Assembly (NCBI GenBank): GCA_965219445.1
Contig: CBDCNQ010000003.1
Coordinates: 160,001 to 224,000, forward strand
Direction: 5' to 3'
Length of the DNA stretch: 64,000 nucleotides
From: Longimicrobiales bacterium
Lineage (GTDB): Bacteria > Gemmatimonadota > Gemmatimonadetes > Longimicrobiales > Gaopeijiaceae
The first letter of the stretch is position 1. Each line of letters starts with the position of its first letter. The notes beneath the pieces were generated by a model, which worked only from the letters and a program-made list of their open reading frames with translations, made no database searches and had not been told where the DNA came from. The position numbers and the translations under genes are program-made. Shown here piece by piece: positions 1 through 8,836 of this stretch.

Positions 1-831
1 GGCCGCTCGCGAAGAACCCCACCCACTCGGCATCCGGCGAGAAGAACGGTTGTCGCGCATCGTCCGTGCCATCCAACTCTCGCGGGGACAAGTCATCGAG
101 CTCGCGTAAGAACAGGCTCCTGACTCCGGCCCGCTCTCCTACGTACACCAGCCGCGTACCGTCGCCGGAAATGGCCAGTGGGTGGCCAAGCCGTCCCCCG
201 AACACTCGTTGGTCCTCCGGGAGTGAAATCTGCGTTCGAGTCACCGGCTGCCGGGGCTGCGGTCGCATCCAGCCCCACAGGACGAGCCCGATAGCGACCA
301 CGGCCACCGCGGGCCACGCGACCATGCCCAGCCCCTGGGCACGGAACGTGGACATGGCGGCAGGTGCCGGCTCGGAGGTCATGAAGGAGGGATCTCCCAG
401 GGCCTGCGAAAAAAGAACGGCGCTCGAAAATCGATCGGCTGGCAGCTTCTCCAGCGCCTTAGCAATCGCCGCATCTACGTTGGCCGGGACGGTCTCCCGC
501 TGAGCGGCCGCCGACACGCGCTCACCGGCGATGATTTTGCCCAGGATCGCCTGCGGAGTGCTCCCGGTGAACGGCGGCTCTCCGACCAGCGTCTCATACA
601 AGACGCAGCCGAGGGCGTATATGTCTGCCGCAGGACCCAGATGTTGACCGCCAGCTGCCTGTTCCGGGCTCATGTAGTGGGGCGTCCCGAGGCTCAGCCC
701 GGTCTCGGTCAGACGACCCCCTCCCGCTCCGCCGACAGCGAGCGCGATCCCGAAGTCCGTGATCACCGGCTGACCATCGTGGATCAGAACTGGAGTTGGC
801 CCCGCACGGTGGACGGTTTTGGACTAGAGAT

Positions 832-1680
832 TCACGCGGCGGGGGCGTGTTCCTTTTCGTAGTTAAGAGGAGACAATTGGCCGAGGGCAGAGTGCCGTCG
901 GTGGGGATTGTACCAGGCTTCGATGAAGTCGAACACGGCCATCCTGGCCTCGGCCTGATTGCGGAAGCTCTTTCGTTCGATGAGTTCGGTCTCGAGCGTG
1001 GCGAAGAAGCTCTCGCACATCGCGTTATCGTACGCGTCGCCGACCGAGCCCATCGAGGGTCGGACGCTGGCCTCTTTGCAGCGTAGGCCGAAGGCGATCG
1101 AGGTGTACTGGGTACCCTGATCGCTATGATGGATGACACCGTTCGGTCGTCGTTGCTGCAGCGCCATGTTCAGCGCGTCGAGCACGAGATCGGTCTTGAG
1201 ATGCGTCTTCATCGACCATCCGACCACATGGCGGCTCCACGCATCGACGACGACTGACAGGTACAAGAAGCCGCTCCAGGTCGGCACGTAGGTGATGTCG
1301 GCAACCCAGAGCTGGTCCGGGCCGTGCACACTGAAGTCGCGCGCGACGAGATCGGGGGCAGGTCGAGCATCTCTGTTTCGCTTCGTCGTGCGCCACTTCC
1401 TTCGCCGCGTAGCGCCTTGTAGTCCTGCCAGCCTCATCAGACGACGCACCCGCTTGTGGTTGACCTGCCAGCCGTCGTCCCTGAGCTCGGCGTACATCCG
1501 TGGCTGGCCATACGTCTCACGGCTGAACGTGTGGATCTCACGCATCCGACCTAGCAGTCGCTCGTTCTCGACCGCGCGATGCGATGGAGGACGCTTTCTC
1601 CATGCGTAGTACCCGCTGGGCGAGACGCTCAGGACTTCGCACATCATCTGCACGCTGAACTCGGCCTGGTTGGCCCTCAC
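832..1680 (-). CDS. IS3 transposase OrfB (rve DDE domain), probably expressed as an OrfAB fusion
   Basis: WVADITY, HHSDQGTQY and DNAMCESFF motifs. The -1 frame stays open from the A7G slippery site at 1736-1743 into OrfB. Confidence 0.95.
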   Translation of the reverse strand: MRANQAEFSVQMMCEVLSVSPSGYYAWRKRPPSHRAVENERLLGRMREIHTFSRETYGQPRMYAELRDDGWQVNHKRVRRLMRLAGLQGATRRRKWRTTKRNRDARPAPDLVARDFSVHGPDQLWVADITYVPTWSGFLYLSVVVDAWSRHVVGWSMKTHLKTDLVLDALNMALQQRRPNGVIHHSDQGTQYTSIAFGLRCKEASVRPSMGSVGDAYDNAMCESFFATLETELIERKSFRNQAEARMAVFDFIEAWYNPHRRHSALGQLSPLNYEKEHAPAA

Positions 1681-1991
1681 GAACTCGAACGCTTCGGGGG
1701 CACCGAGTCGGACTCCTGAGCGAACCAGGCCGCGGCTTTTTTTAGGATCTCCCGCTCGACACGAAGCCGCTTGTTCTCACGCCGAAGCTCGCGGAGCTCC
1801 TCGCGCTCTGACGACGTCAGGCCGTCGCTTCTGACTCCCGTGTCGAGGTCCGTCTGCTTCACCCAATTGTGGATCGTCTGCGCTGTGGGCTCAAACTCCC
1901 GACTCAGCTCCTCAGGCGTGCGACCTGCTTTGACCAGCTCCACCATCTGCTGGCGGAACTCCAACGAATACGGCGGTCTCGTTCTTGGCAT
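1677..1991 (-). CDS. IS3 transposase OrfA (HTH)
   Basis: YSLEFRQQMVELV..TIHNWVKQ..ELRELRRENKRLRVEREILKKAAAWFA; contains A AAA AAG -1 frameshift motif. Confidence 0.95.
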   Translation of the reverse strand: MPRTRPPYSLEFRQQMVELVKAGRTPEELSREFEPTAQTIHNWVKQTDLDTGVRSDGLTSSEREELRELRRENKRLRVEREILKKAAAWFAQESDSVPPKRSSS

Positions 1992-2324
1992 CGTGGACTC
2001 CTCTCTCTAAAGAGAATAGGTGTCCACCGTCAGGGGCTAACTCCAAACGTTACCGGGCTTGATGTCGCGATGAATTACGCCTTGGCGGTGTGAATAGTCG
2101 AGGGCCTCCGCCATGTTCGTGGCGATCCGCACTGCTACGTCCACTGGGAGTTGATGAGAGCTAGGATCAAAGGCATCATAGGGGCATGGCGACCGCTACC
2201 GGTACCGATCAGCAGCGAAGCAGCCCGAAGACGAAGAGGCGTTCTCCTCCGGGAGCGGGTGCGCGTTCATCATTATTCGCGCAAGCAAGCAACCCAACCC
2301 GTCCTACCCAAGAGGAGGATGCCG

Positions 2325-3614
2325 ATGGAGAGGTATATCGGACTCGACGCACACGCGTCGAGCTGCACGCTGGGGATTGTAGGCCCCAGCGGCAAGCGCT
2401 TGGGCTCGCAGGTGGTGGAGACGAACGCGCGGGCGCTGATCGAGGTGCTGCGAGGGATTCCGAGGAACCGGCACTTATGCCTGGAAGAAGGGACGCTGTC
2501 GGGGTGGCTGTACGAGGTGCTGAAGCCGCACGTGGAGGAGCTGACGGTGGCGGGGGTCGGCAAGAGCCGGGGCCCGAAGACCGACAAGCTGGACGCGTTT
2601 GCCCTGGCGGAGAAGCTGCGGATCGGATCACTGGAGACGACGGTCTACAAGAACCGGGGCCAGTTCAGGCGGCTGGGGGAACGGGCGAAGAGCTACGACT
2701 TCTTGGTCGGCGACACGGTGCGGGTGAAGAACCGGCTCAAGAGCGTGCTGCGCTCGAGAGGAGTGGCCTACGGCGCGGGGCGCTCGGTCTACTTAAAGCG
2801 CGACCGGGAGGAGTGGTTGGCCAAGCTGCCGGAAGCGAGCAGGACGACGGCCGGGTTGCTGTACGAGGAGCACGACGCACTCGTGGCATTGAGGGCGAAG
2901 GCCGAGAAGGCGTTGCTGGCGGAAGCACGCAAGCATCGAGAGTGGCATGTGCTGAAGACGTGCCCGGGTCTGGGTCCGATCCGGACGGCGGAGCTCCTGC
3001 CGGTGGTGGTGACGCCGTACCGGTTCCAGAGCCGGAGCAGGTTCTGGGCGTACTGCGGACTGGGCGTCGTGATGCGGAGCTCGTCGGACTGGGTGCGGGG
3101 TCCGGGTGGGCGGTGGGTAAGGGAACCGGTACAGCAGACGCGGGGGCTGAATCGGAACTTCAACCACACGCTGAAGCGTGTGTTCAAGGGCGCAGCGACG
3201 ACGGTGATCGGTCGGGCCGAGGACGAGCCCTTGTACCGCCACTACGAGCGACTCCTGGAGGGGGGCACGAAGCCGAATCTGGCGAAGCTGACGATCGCGC
3301 GTCAGCTCGCCTCGATCGTGCTAGCGGTGTGGCGCACGGGCGAAGCGTACGACCCAAGAGACTGGAAGCGACGGAGTAAACCGGCCTGGGATCGGCGAGC
3401 GTGGGGTCGAAAGCGGTCACAACATGGGGTCCGACGAAACGGAAGCGAACCGGTTACAGGGGACAGCATCCATACACACCGTGGGCCGGGGCAGAGAGCC
3501 CAAGCCCCCACTCAAAGGCTATGCACCCCTGGAGAGCCGAACGAAGCGATGGGCCACAGAGTCCCAGATAGAAGGATGGTTCCCGCTCCAGAGCGGAGAA
3601 CGCGACGGCTGTGA
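2325..3614 (+). CDS. IS110-family DEDD recombinase/transposase; natural end probably 3379 (apparent 1-bp deletion near 3355)
   Basis: MERYIGLDAH, EEG, KTDKLDA, CPGLGPI, FWAYCGL, serine loop RSSS, IARQLA..VW. RBS GAGGAGG before ATG 2325. Confidence 0.92.
   Translation: MERYIGLDAHASSCTLGIVGPSGKRLGSQVVETNARALIEVLRGIPRNRHLCLEEGTLSGWLYEVLKPHVEELTVAGVGKSRGPKTDKLDAFALAEKLRIGSLETTVYKNRGQFRRLGERAKSYDFLVGDTVRVKNRLKSVLRSRGVAYGAGRSVYLKRDREEWLAKLPEASRTTAGLLYEEHDALVALRAKAEKALLAEARKHREWHVLKTCPGLGPIRTAELLPVVVTPYRFQSRSRFWAYCGLGVVMRSSSDWVRGPGGRWVREPVQQTRGLNRNFNHTLKRVFKGAATTVIGRAEDEPLYRHYERLLEGGTKPNLAKLTIARQLASIVLAVWRTGEAYDPRDWKRRSKPAWDRRAWGRKRSQHGVRRNGSEPVTGDSIHTHRGPGQRAQAPTQRLCTPGEPNEAMGHRVPDRRMVPAPERRTRRL
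3457..3591 (+). ncRNA. Putative bridge/seek RNA with target-binding and donor-binding internal loops
   Basis: Loop 1: closed by CAGGGG..GCAT/ATGC.CCCCTG and GTGGG/CCCAC; holds TACACACC (3473-3480, reverse complement of target GGTGTGTA) and TCAAAGG (3512-3518, identical to target left side plus core). Loop 2: holds GATG (3548-3551) and ATAGAAGG (3568-3575), matching the donor circle junction. Ends approximate. Confidence 0.85.
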
Positions 3615-3864
3615 ACGTCTTCCGGACTGCGATGCGGACCCTGCGAGCGCACCCCTCCCCACCCTGAGTCGTCGACCGGGCAATCCAAACCATGCGGACG
3701 CCGACGGTCAAAAAATGAGCCGACGGCGCGTGGGGAAGGTGCGTCTTGACCGCCAGCCCCATAGAAGGGTGTGTAAAAAAAGAGGCGACGTACCTTTCCG
3801 CTAGGTAGTAAGAAGTTAACCAGCGAATCCCGGGTGAGCGCCCGGGGGAAAGGAACGATGCCTC

Positions 3865-5109
3865 GTGAGGAAGAATATGGTGGGACCCGAGAGTGAGTCC
3901 AGCACGCCGACGTGGGAGTGCTTGGAAGCGCTGGTTCGTGAGAAGGCCCAGGAGATGGTCCAGCGGATTCTGGAGGAGGAAGTGACGGAGTTGCTCGGCC
4001 GGGAGAAGTCGGAGCGGAAGACGGTCGTAGACCCGGCGCCAGGCTACCGCAACGGCTACGGCAAGGCTCGGCGGCTGGCGATGAGCTCGGGCACGATCAT
4101 GCTCCGACGGCCCCGGGTTCGAGGCATTGAGGAGCGGTTCGAGAGTCGGGTGTTGCCGTTGTTCGCACGACGGACGAAGGAGGTGGGTGCTCTGCTTCCG
4201 GAGCTGTATCTGCACGGGCTGGCGGAGGGAGACTTCGAGCTGGCGATGCGGGGCCTGCTGGGCGAGGGGGCCCCGTTGTCGAAGTCTTCGATTTGGCGGC
4301 TGCGGGCGGGATGGACAAGGAAATTCGAGGAATGGTCGAAGCGCTCGCTGGCCGACCGTGAGGTCGTCTACGTCTGGGCGGACGGGATCTACGTGAAGGC
4401 GGGGCTCGAGCGGGACAAGGCAGCGCTGCTGGTGGTTCTCGGTGCGATGCGAGATGGTACGAAGGAGGTGTTGGCCCTGAGATCGGGCTACCGAGAGTCG
4501 GTCGAGTCCTGGTCCGAGGTGTTGCGGGATCTGAAGGCACGCGGCATCGAGGCGCCCCGGCTTTTGATGGCGGACGGCAACGCGGCGATCTGGGGCGCAG
4601 TACGGCAGGTATGGCCTGAGGCGGGCGAGCAACGGTGCTGGAACCACAAGATGAGGAACGTGCTGGACCGGCTGCCTCAGCGGGAGCAGAGCGAGGCGAA
4701 GGACCTTCTCAGGACCGTGGTCTACGCACCGAGGCGGTCCGAGGCGCTGAAGGCCCGTGAGGCGTTCGCCAGGCGCTACAGACCGTGGTATCCGAAGGCG
4801 GTGGATGTACTCGAGGACGACTGGGAGCGGATGGTGGCGTTCTACGACTTCCCCGAGGACCACTGGAAGCATCTACGCACGACGAACGTGGTCGAGAGCC
4901 CCTTTGCCGCAGTACGGCTCAGGACAACGGCGGCGAAGCGCTTCAAGCGGGTCGAGAGCGCTACGGCGCTGATCTGGAAGCTGCTCTTGGTGGCGGAGAA
5001 GCGCTTCAGAAGGCTCGACGCTCCTCACCTCCTCAAGGACGTATTTGAAGGAAGAAAGTTCGAAGACGGAAAGCCCGTCTCAACCCAACAGCGGAAAAAC
5101 GCCGCCTGA
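3865..5109 (+). CDS. IS256-family (mutator-type DDE) transposase
   Basis: YRNGY, YVWADGIY, LMADG, QRCWNHKMRN and LRTTNVVESPF motifs; 414 aa, intact. Confidence 0.95.
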   Translation: MRKNMVGPESESSTPTWECLEALVREKAQEMVQRILEEEVTELLGREKSERKTVVDPAPGYRNGYGKARRLAMSSGTIMLRRPRVRGIEERFESRVLPLFARRTKEVGALLPELYLHGLAEGDFELAMRGLLGEGAPLSKSSIWRLRAGWTRKFEEWSKRSLADREVVYVWADGIYVKAGLERDKAALLVVLGAMRDGTKEVLALRSGYRESVESWSEVLRDLKARGIEAPRLLMADGNAAIWGAVRQVWPEAGEQRCWNHKMRNVLDRLPQREQSEAKDLLRTVVYAPRRSEALKAREAFARRYRPWYPKAVDVLEDDWERMVAFYDFPEDHWKHLRTTNVVESPFAAVRLRTTAAKRFKRVESATALIWKLLLVAEKRFRRLDAPHLLKDVFEGRKFEDGKPVSTQQRKNAA

Positions 5110-5138
5110 AACATTTACACACCTATTGACCCAACCTC

Positions 5139-6256
5139 GCCGTGCCCTGTCGAGGTTCCTGGGGTACGGACCGTTCTTCTATACCGACTAGCGGCTCACC
5201 GTTGGTGCGATCGAGGATGTACACCCAGCCTGTTTTGCCCGCCTGGGCCAATCCTTTACGTGGCACGCCGTCGTATTCCAGATCAAACAAGACCACAGGG
5301 TTAGGCGCATCATAATCCCAGATATCATGATGCACCTGCTGAAAGTGCCAGCGGTACTCACCGGTGTAGGCATCCAGTGCCACGATGGACGCTGTGAACA
5401 GGTTGTCCCCGGCACGCACCGCTCCGTTGTAGTCGGGCCCGGGGTTGCCGGTCGAAAAGTAGATCATGCCCAATTCAGGATCCACTGCAGGCGTGTGCCA
5501 CACAGTGCCCCCGCCGGTTCGCCAGGCATCGTTGTCAGCAGGCCAGGTATGATGACCGAATTCGCCCGGGCCTGGCACGGTATGGAAAGTCCACAGCAAA
5601 CTGCCGTCGGCCGCACTGTAGGCCTTCACCCGCCCTCTTGCTGCAAATTCTGCACCCGCGAAGCCGGTAATCACCATGCCGTTGAAATACAAGGGAGCGC
5701 TGGTGATGGTATACCCTTCTTCCCAGGCTTCGGCCTGGATGGACCAGACCTCTTCACCGGTCTCCATATCCAGCGCCTTAAGCACGCCATCCAGCTGTCC
5801 GACAAAGATTTTGTCTTCGCCAAATCCCACACCGCGACTGGTCCATCCACAACAGACCGTCGAAATTTCATCATCAAGATTTGCCCGGTAGCTCCACAAA
5901 ATTTCACCGGTTTCAATGCCCAGGGCGAAGACATCGTCTGCACCGGTTACGACATACATGACCCCTTCGTGGATGATGGGCTGCGCCTCACCTGAATACT
6001 TCGCGCCGACCCCAGACTCGTCGAGATGAGTACGCCAGACCGGACCAAGTTGATTGACATTGTCCGTGTTGATCTCCGTCAATGCTGAGAAGTTTCGGTT
6101 GAAGAGGTCCCCGCCGTTGGTCAGCCAGTCGGCCGTAGGCAGTTCCGACAGCGTCTCTTCATCCGGTCTGACCTGTGAAGATTCAGCGGCATTTGCTGTC
6201 AGCGAGGAACACAGGACAAGTAGTCCTGCCAAAAGGTTAGACGTATGTCTATGCAT
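5139..6256 (-). pseudogene. PQQ-dependent alcohol dehydrogenase-type quinoprotein, C-terminally truncated by IS256
   Basis: Signal peptide, vicinal CC (VCCGWTSRG), GAEFAARG, TGNPGP, HHDIWDYDA, AGKTGWVYILDR. Reading frame ends inside the IS256 right IR after ~370 aa. Confidence 0.9.
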
Positions 6257-6307
6257 GTCTAAGGCTCTATGCTCCTACTGTATTAGGAGGGTATGGGAAA
6301 GCTCCAA

Positions 6308-6982
6308 TCAGCCGGCGGCGAAGCAGTAAAACAAACCGGCGCCTCCGGTGCTGATGAGGTTCTCCCGTGTACAGCCCGGCGTGCCGTGGGAGGAGTTCCA
6401 GGACGAGCCCGGCGTGGAGAAGGAGTAGCGGTCGGCATGCCCTACCCTGACGCTCCCCTCGCTGTTGCTTGTCCAGTTGCTGCATGTCTGGTCCTGGCCC
6501 GCGGCAAGCGCGGTGCCATCCATTTGTGAACCGGTGAGTACATCGTGCTCGGTAAAATCCGGATCCCCGTCGATGCGTGAGGCGAACTGATTGCCGTTCT
6601 CGTCGAGCGTGTACTGCCAGTTGAAATTCGAATTGTCGTAGTGGAGGCTTTCCACGCTGGTGGCCATGACGAGGCCGTTGGCATTCGCCCAGGGTCCGGA
6701 ACCGATCCGGTCACGGGCATTGACGGCCGTGGCGTCGGCCGTCGCCTGCGTGCTCAGGTAGGCCCGCCAGGTACGGTTACCGGCCCCGACCGTCTCGGCA
6801 AGGCTCTGGCAGTGCGCGTCGGCGCCCTCGAGGCCTCCGAGGTTACCGCCGTTGCCGAGCCCCACGCTCGTGATGAAGAAGCCCATGGGCTCGGGCTGCT
6901 GCTCCTGTCCCGCAGCGTGGACCGGCAGCGCCAACAGGCCCAAAGCGGTCAGCGAGAGCGCGACGTTGCGAGTGTAGCCCAT
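6308..6982 (-). CDS. Secreted Cys-containing uncharacterised protein (lectin/endostatin-like family), paralog of 37517..38188
   Basis: Signal peptide; FFITSVG..GGLEGADAHCQSLA..WRAYLS..NARDRIGSGPW..HDVLTGS..TCSNWTS..GLFYCFA. Confidence 0.8.
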   Translation of the reverse strand: MGYTRNVALSLTALGLLALPVHAAGQEQQPEPMGFFITSVGLGNGGNLGGLEGADAHCQSLAETVGAGNRTWRAYLSTQATADATAVNARDRIGSGPWANANGLVMATSVESLHYDNSNFNWQYTLDENGNQFASRIDGDPDFTEHDVLTGSQMDGTALAAGQDQTCSNWTSNSEGSVRVGHADRYSFSTPGSSWNSSHGTPGCTRENLISTGGAGLFYCFAAG

Positions 6983-7190
6983 CGTTCTACCTCCCTCCTC
7001 AAGACGAGGCGTTCGGCCAAATCCTGCTTGGCATCTTTTCTACAAGGCGTCCGTCCGTTCGCTGACGGGAGCGTCCGCAACGATTACGACTCCGTAGGTC
7101 GCGGCGTCACTCGGGGCGCGCTGTTCTCGGGGAACGTAAAGGTGGTCCCTTTTGGGTGCCAGGGGACACGAGCCAAAATACTTGTACCAG

Positions 7191-7212
7191 TGGGCCTGGG
7201 TAGACTTGAACT
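7191..7212 (-). other. tRNA-Ile 3' fragment (T-loop to acceptor end)
   Basis: AGTTCAAGTCTACCCAGGCCCA, 21/22 identical to 13127-13148. Confidence 0.8.
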
Positions 7213-8410
7213 GTTCGGCTTGAGCGTTCACGGATTCGAGAACGTTGGTCGTCTTCAGCGAACGGCCAACCAGCGGGAACACGCCGAGTCGATGCAGGGT
7301 CAACGTCTCCTCGAACCCTTCGTCCAGGCTTGCAACCGCCGACTGGTTGAGCTCGTCCAGCTCAGCCCGCATCGCTTTCAGGTCCCGCTTCGCCTCCTCG
7401 TAGGTGGGCCGCTCGTAGGCTCGCTGCAGACGTCCACACCAGGCCTTCTGCTCGGTGCGTGGCAGGTACGAGACCACATTCTCTCGCTTGTGCCATTGGC
7501 AGCGCTGGATAAGCACCTGGCCCCGGAACACCGTCGTCACTGCCGACTTCAGCCCCTTGGCGCCGTCGATCACGACCAGCGCTCCGGCCGACAGATCGAG
7601 TCCCCGATCCTTCAGGGAGCGCAGAAAGCTCGTGATCACCCGGGCGTTCTCCGTTTCCGTCTGCACGAATCCCGCAAACACCTTGTCTCCCCCCATCGTC
7701 ACGGCTAACGCGACGACGATTTCGTCATTGGCAAACGTCTTGCCATCCAGGAAGAGCGCCACGACGTCGAGCTCCGTAAGCTCACGTTCCTGAAACGCCT
7801 TCAGCTGCCTGGCGGTCGCCTTCTTGAACTCCCGCGACACCGTCGACTTAGACAGCCCGATCGCCCCCGGCACTGCCTCCACCGCGGCCTCATAGTCACG
7901 ACACGAGATCCCAAGCAGGACCTTGCGGAACAACCCCTCGTCCACCTCGCCCGCCGCCCAGTGCAAGCGCTCGTACGACTCCAGACGCGCCTCTCCCTCC
8001 AGACCTCGCACCCGAGGGACCCGGACCGGATGACGCTGCCCGCCCAGGCGTACCGAGCCCGGGTTGCTCCCATGCCGGTAGATCACTTCTCCTTCTCCCT
8101 TGCGGGCGTGCCTCGGACCCGCCAACCGCTCGACCTCTTCGTCCAGCACCCGCCCCACCTCCGCCAGCCCAAGCGGTATCAATTCCTGGATCAATTCCAC
8201 CCGCATCTCGGTCCTCAGCGCCTCGATCGCTTCCCAGTCCAGCTCACTCGGCGCACCCATCCTTCGGTCCTTCTTGCCTCGACGTACAAGCTGTGGCTCT
8301 CTCTCCATTGGTGGCCTCCTTCCTCTCATGGTTCGGTGTTGTGTTCCTCACACCCACCTTACCCGAGGTCGGAGGTCACTTCAAATTCCAACTAAACTTA
8401 GGACACCCTC
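7213..8410 (-). mobile_element. Truncated IS256-family element (left end at 8410; transposase from ~8329 broken at ~7213)
   Basis: LFLDGK, VVIDGAKGL, QRCQWHKRENV, LKTTNVLES, after which similarity stops at the tRNA fragment. Left end GAGGGTGTCCTAAGTTTAGTTGG; no right IR found. Confidence 0.88.
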
Positions 8411-8473
8411 GTCTCTCCTTTCCCAGGTTGCGGCCAATTGTGGGCTCGAAAGAGCCCGAGTCCGAATCAGGGC

Positions 8474-8836
8474 TTAGCCTTGAGGACTTTCCTTTCGGGT
8501 GAACATGTACATCCATATGATCCTGGAATACCTGAAATGGATAAAAGTCGTTGGGACAACCACGACGACAATGATGGACACGATAAGGGATGGACTGGTC
8601 GTGAAATTTTGAACTAGGATGTAAATCGCAAAACTTTCGGCAAGAGTTGTTGCATAGCTGACATACATCGCTCCTACGAAGAAGCTGGGCTCAATTTCAA
8701 AGTGATGATGACAATAAGGGCATTCCTCATGCATGACGGGCGCCCTCAGCCTGAAAATATTTCCTTTGCTTTTGAAGACGTCTCCCTTTTCGCATTTAGG
8801 ACATTTTCCTTTTACGAGGCTTAGAATACGATTCAT
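8474..8836 (-). CDS. DUF983-like membrane protein with Cys pairs
   Basis: KCPKCEKG..MHEECPYC..EPSFFVGAMYVSY plus two TM segments; lower GC than neighbours. Confidence 0.75.
   Translation of the reverse strand: MNRILSLVKGKCPKCEKGDVFKSKGNIFRLRAPVMHEECPYCHHHFEIEPSFFVGAMYVSYATTLAESFAIYILVQNFTTSPSLIVSIIVVVVVPTTFIHFRYSRIIWMYMFTRKESPQG

Larger units (their letters stand above)
791..2045 (-). mobile_element. Complete IS3-family insertion sequence (1255 bp) with 3-bp target duplication AAC
   Basis: Ends TGGAGTTGGCCCCGCACGGTGGAC (791) and GTCCACCGTCAGGGGCTAACTCCA (2045) are imperfect inverted repeats with TG..CA termini. AAC at 788-790 and 2046-2048. Contains orfA and orfB. Confidence 0.96.
1..2157 (-). 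pseudogene. Hanks-type Ser/Thr protein kinase with TM segment and TolB-like C-terminal propeller; interrupted by IS3, N-terminus removed at the IS256 junction, runs off window start
   Basis: Manual minus-strand translation: [37 protein letters not shown] | LIHDGQPVITDFGIA..GTPHYMSPEQ..DIYALG..TM..PFFSPDAEWVGF. Removing the IS3 and one AAC restores the frame. Confidence 0.92.
2170..3768 (+). mobile_element. IS110-family element of IS1111 type (sub-terminal IRs, long 3' non-coding region)
   Basis: AAGG present at both junctions (2170-2173, 3765-3768). Sub-terminal IRs AGGGGCATGGCG (2180-2191) and CGCCAGCCCCAT (3751-3762). DEDD recombinase gene followed by ~390 bp non-coding region. Confidence 0.9.
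2158..5138 (+). mobile_element. IS256-family element whose left IR is split by a nested IS110/IS1111 element; no target duplication
   Basis: Reconstructed left end GAGCTAGGATCAAAGG|GTGTGTAAA (2158-2173 + 3769-3777) matches the reverse complement of the right end (GAGGTTGGGTCAATAGGTGTGTAAA, 5114-5138) at 20/25. Flanks GTTGATGA and GCCGTGCC differ. Confidence 0.85.

Noticed and set aside
2159..2167. Alternative IS110 left end at AG 2159-2160 with -10 TAGGAT
   Set aside because: It also gives 17-bp spacing, but these bases belong to the IS256 IR. The AAGG core, sub-terminal IRs and guide matches all support 2170-2173.
3454..4872. Long antisense ORFs (also 13543..15234, 36199..37518, 49888..50916 and similar)
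   Set aside because: Shadow ORFs opposite well-supported genes, expected at high GC; no motifs.
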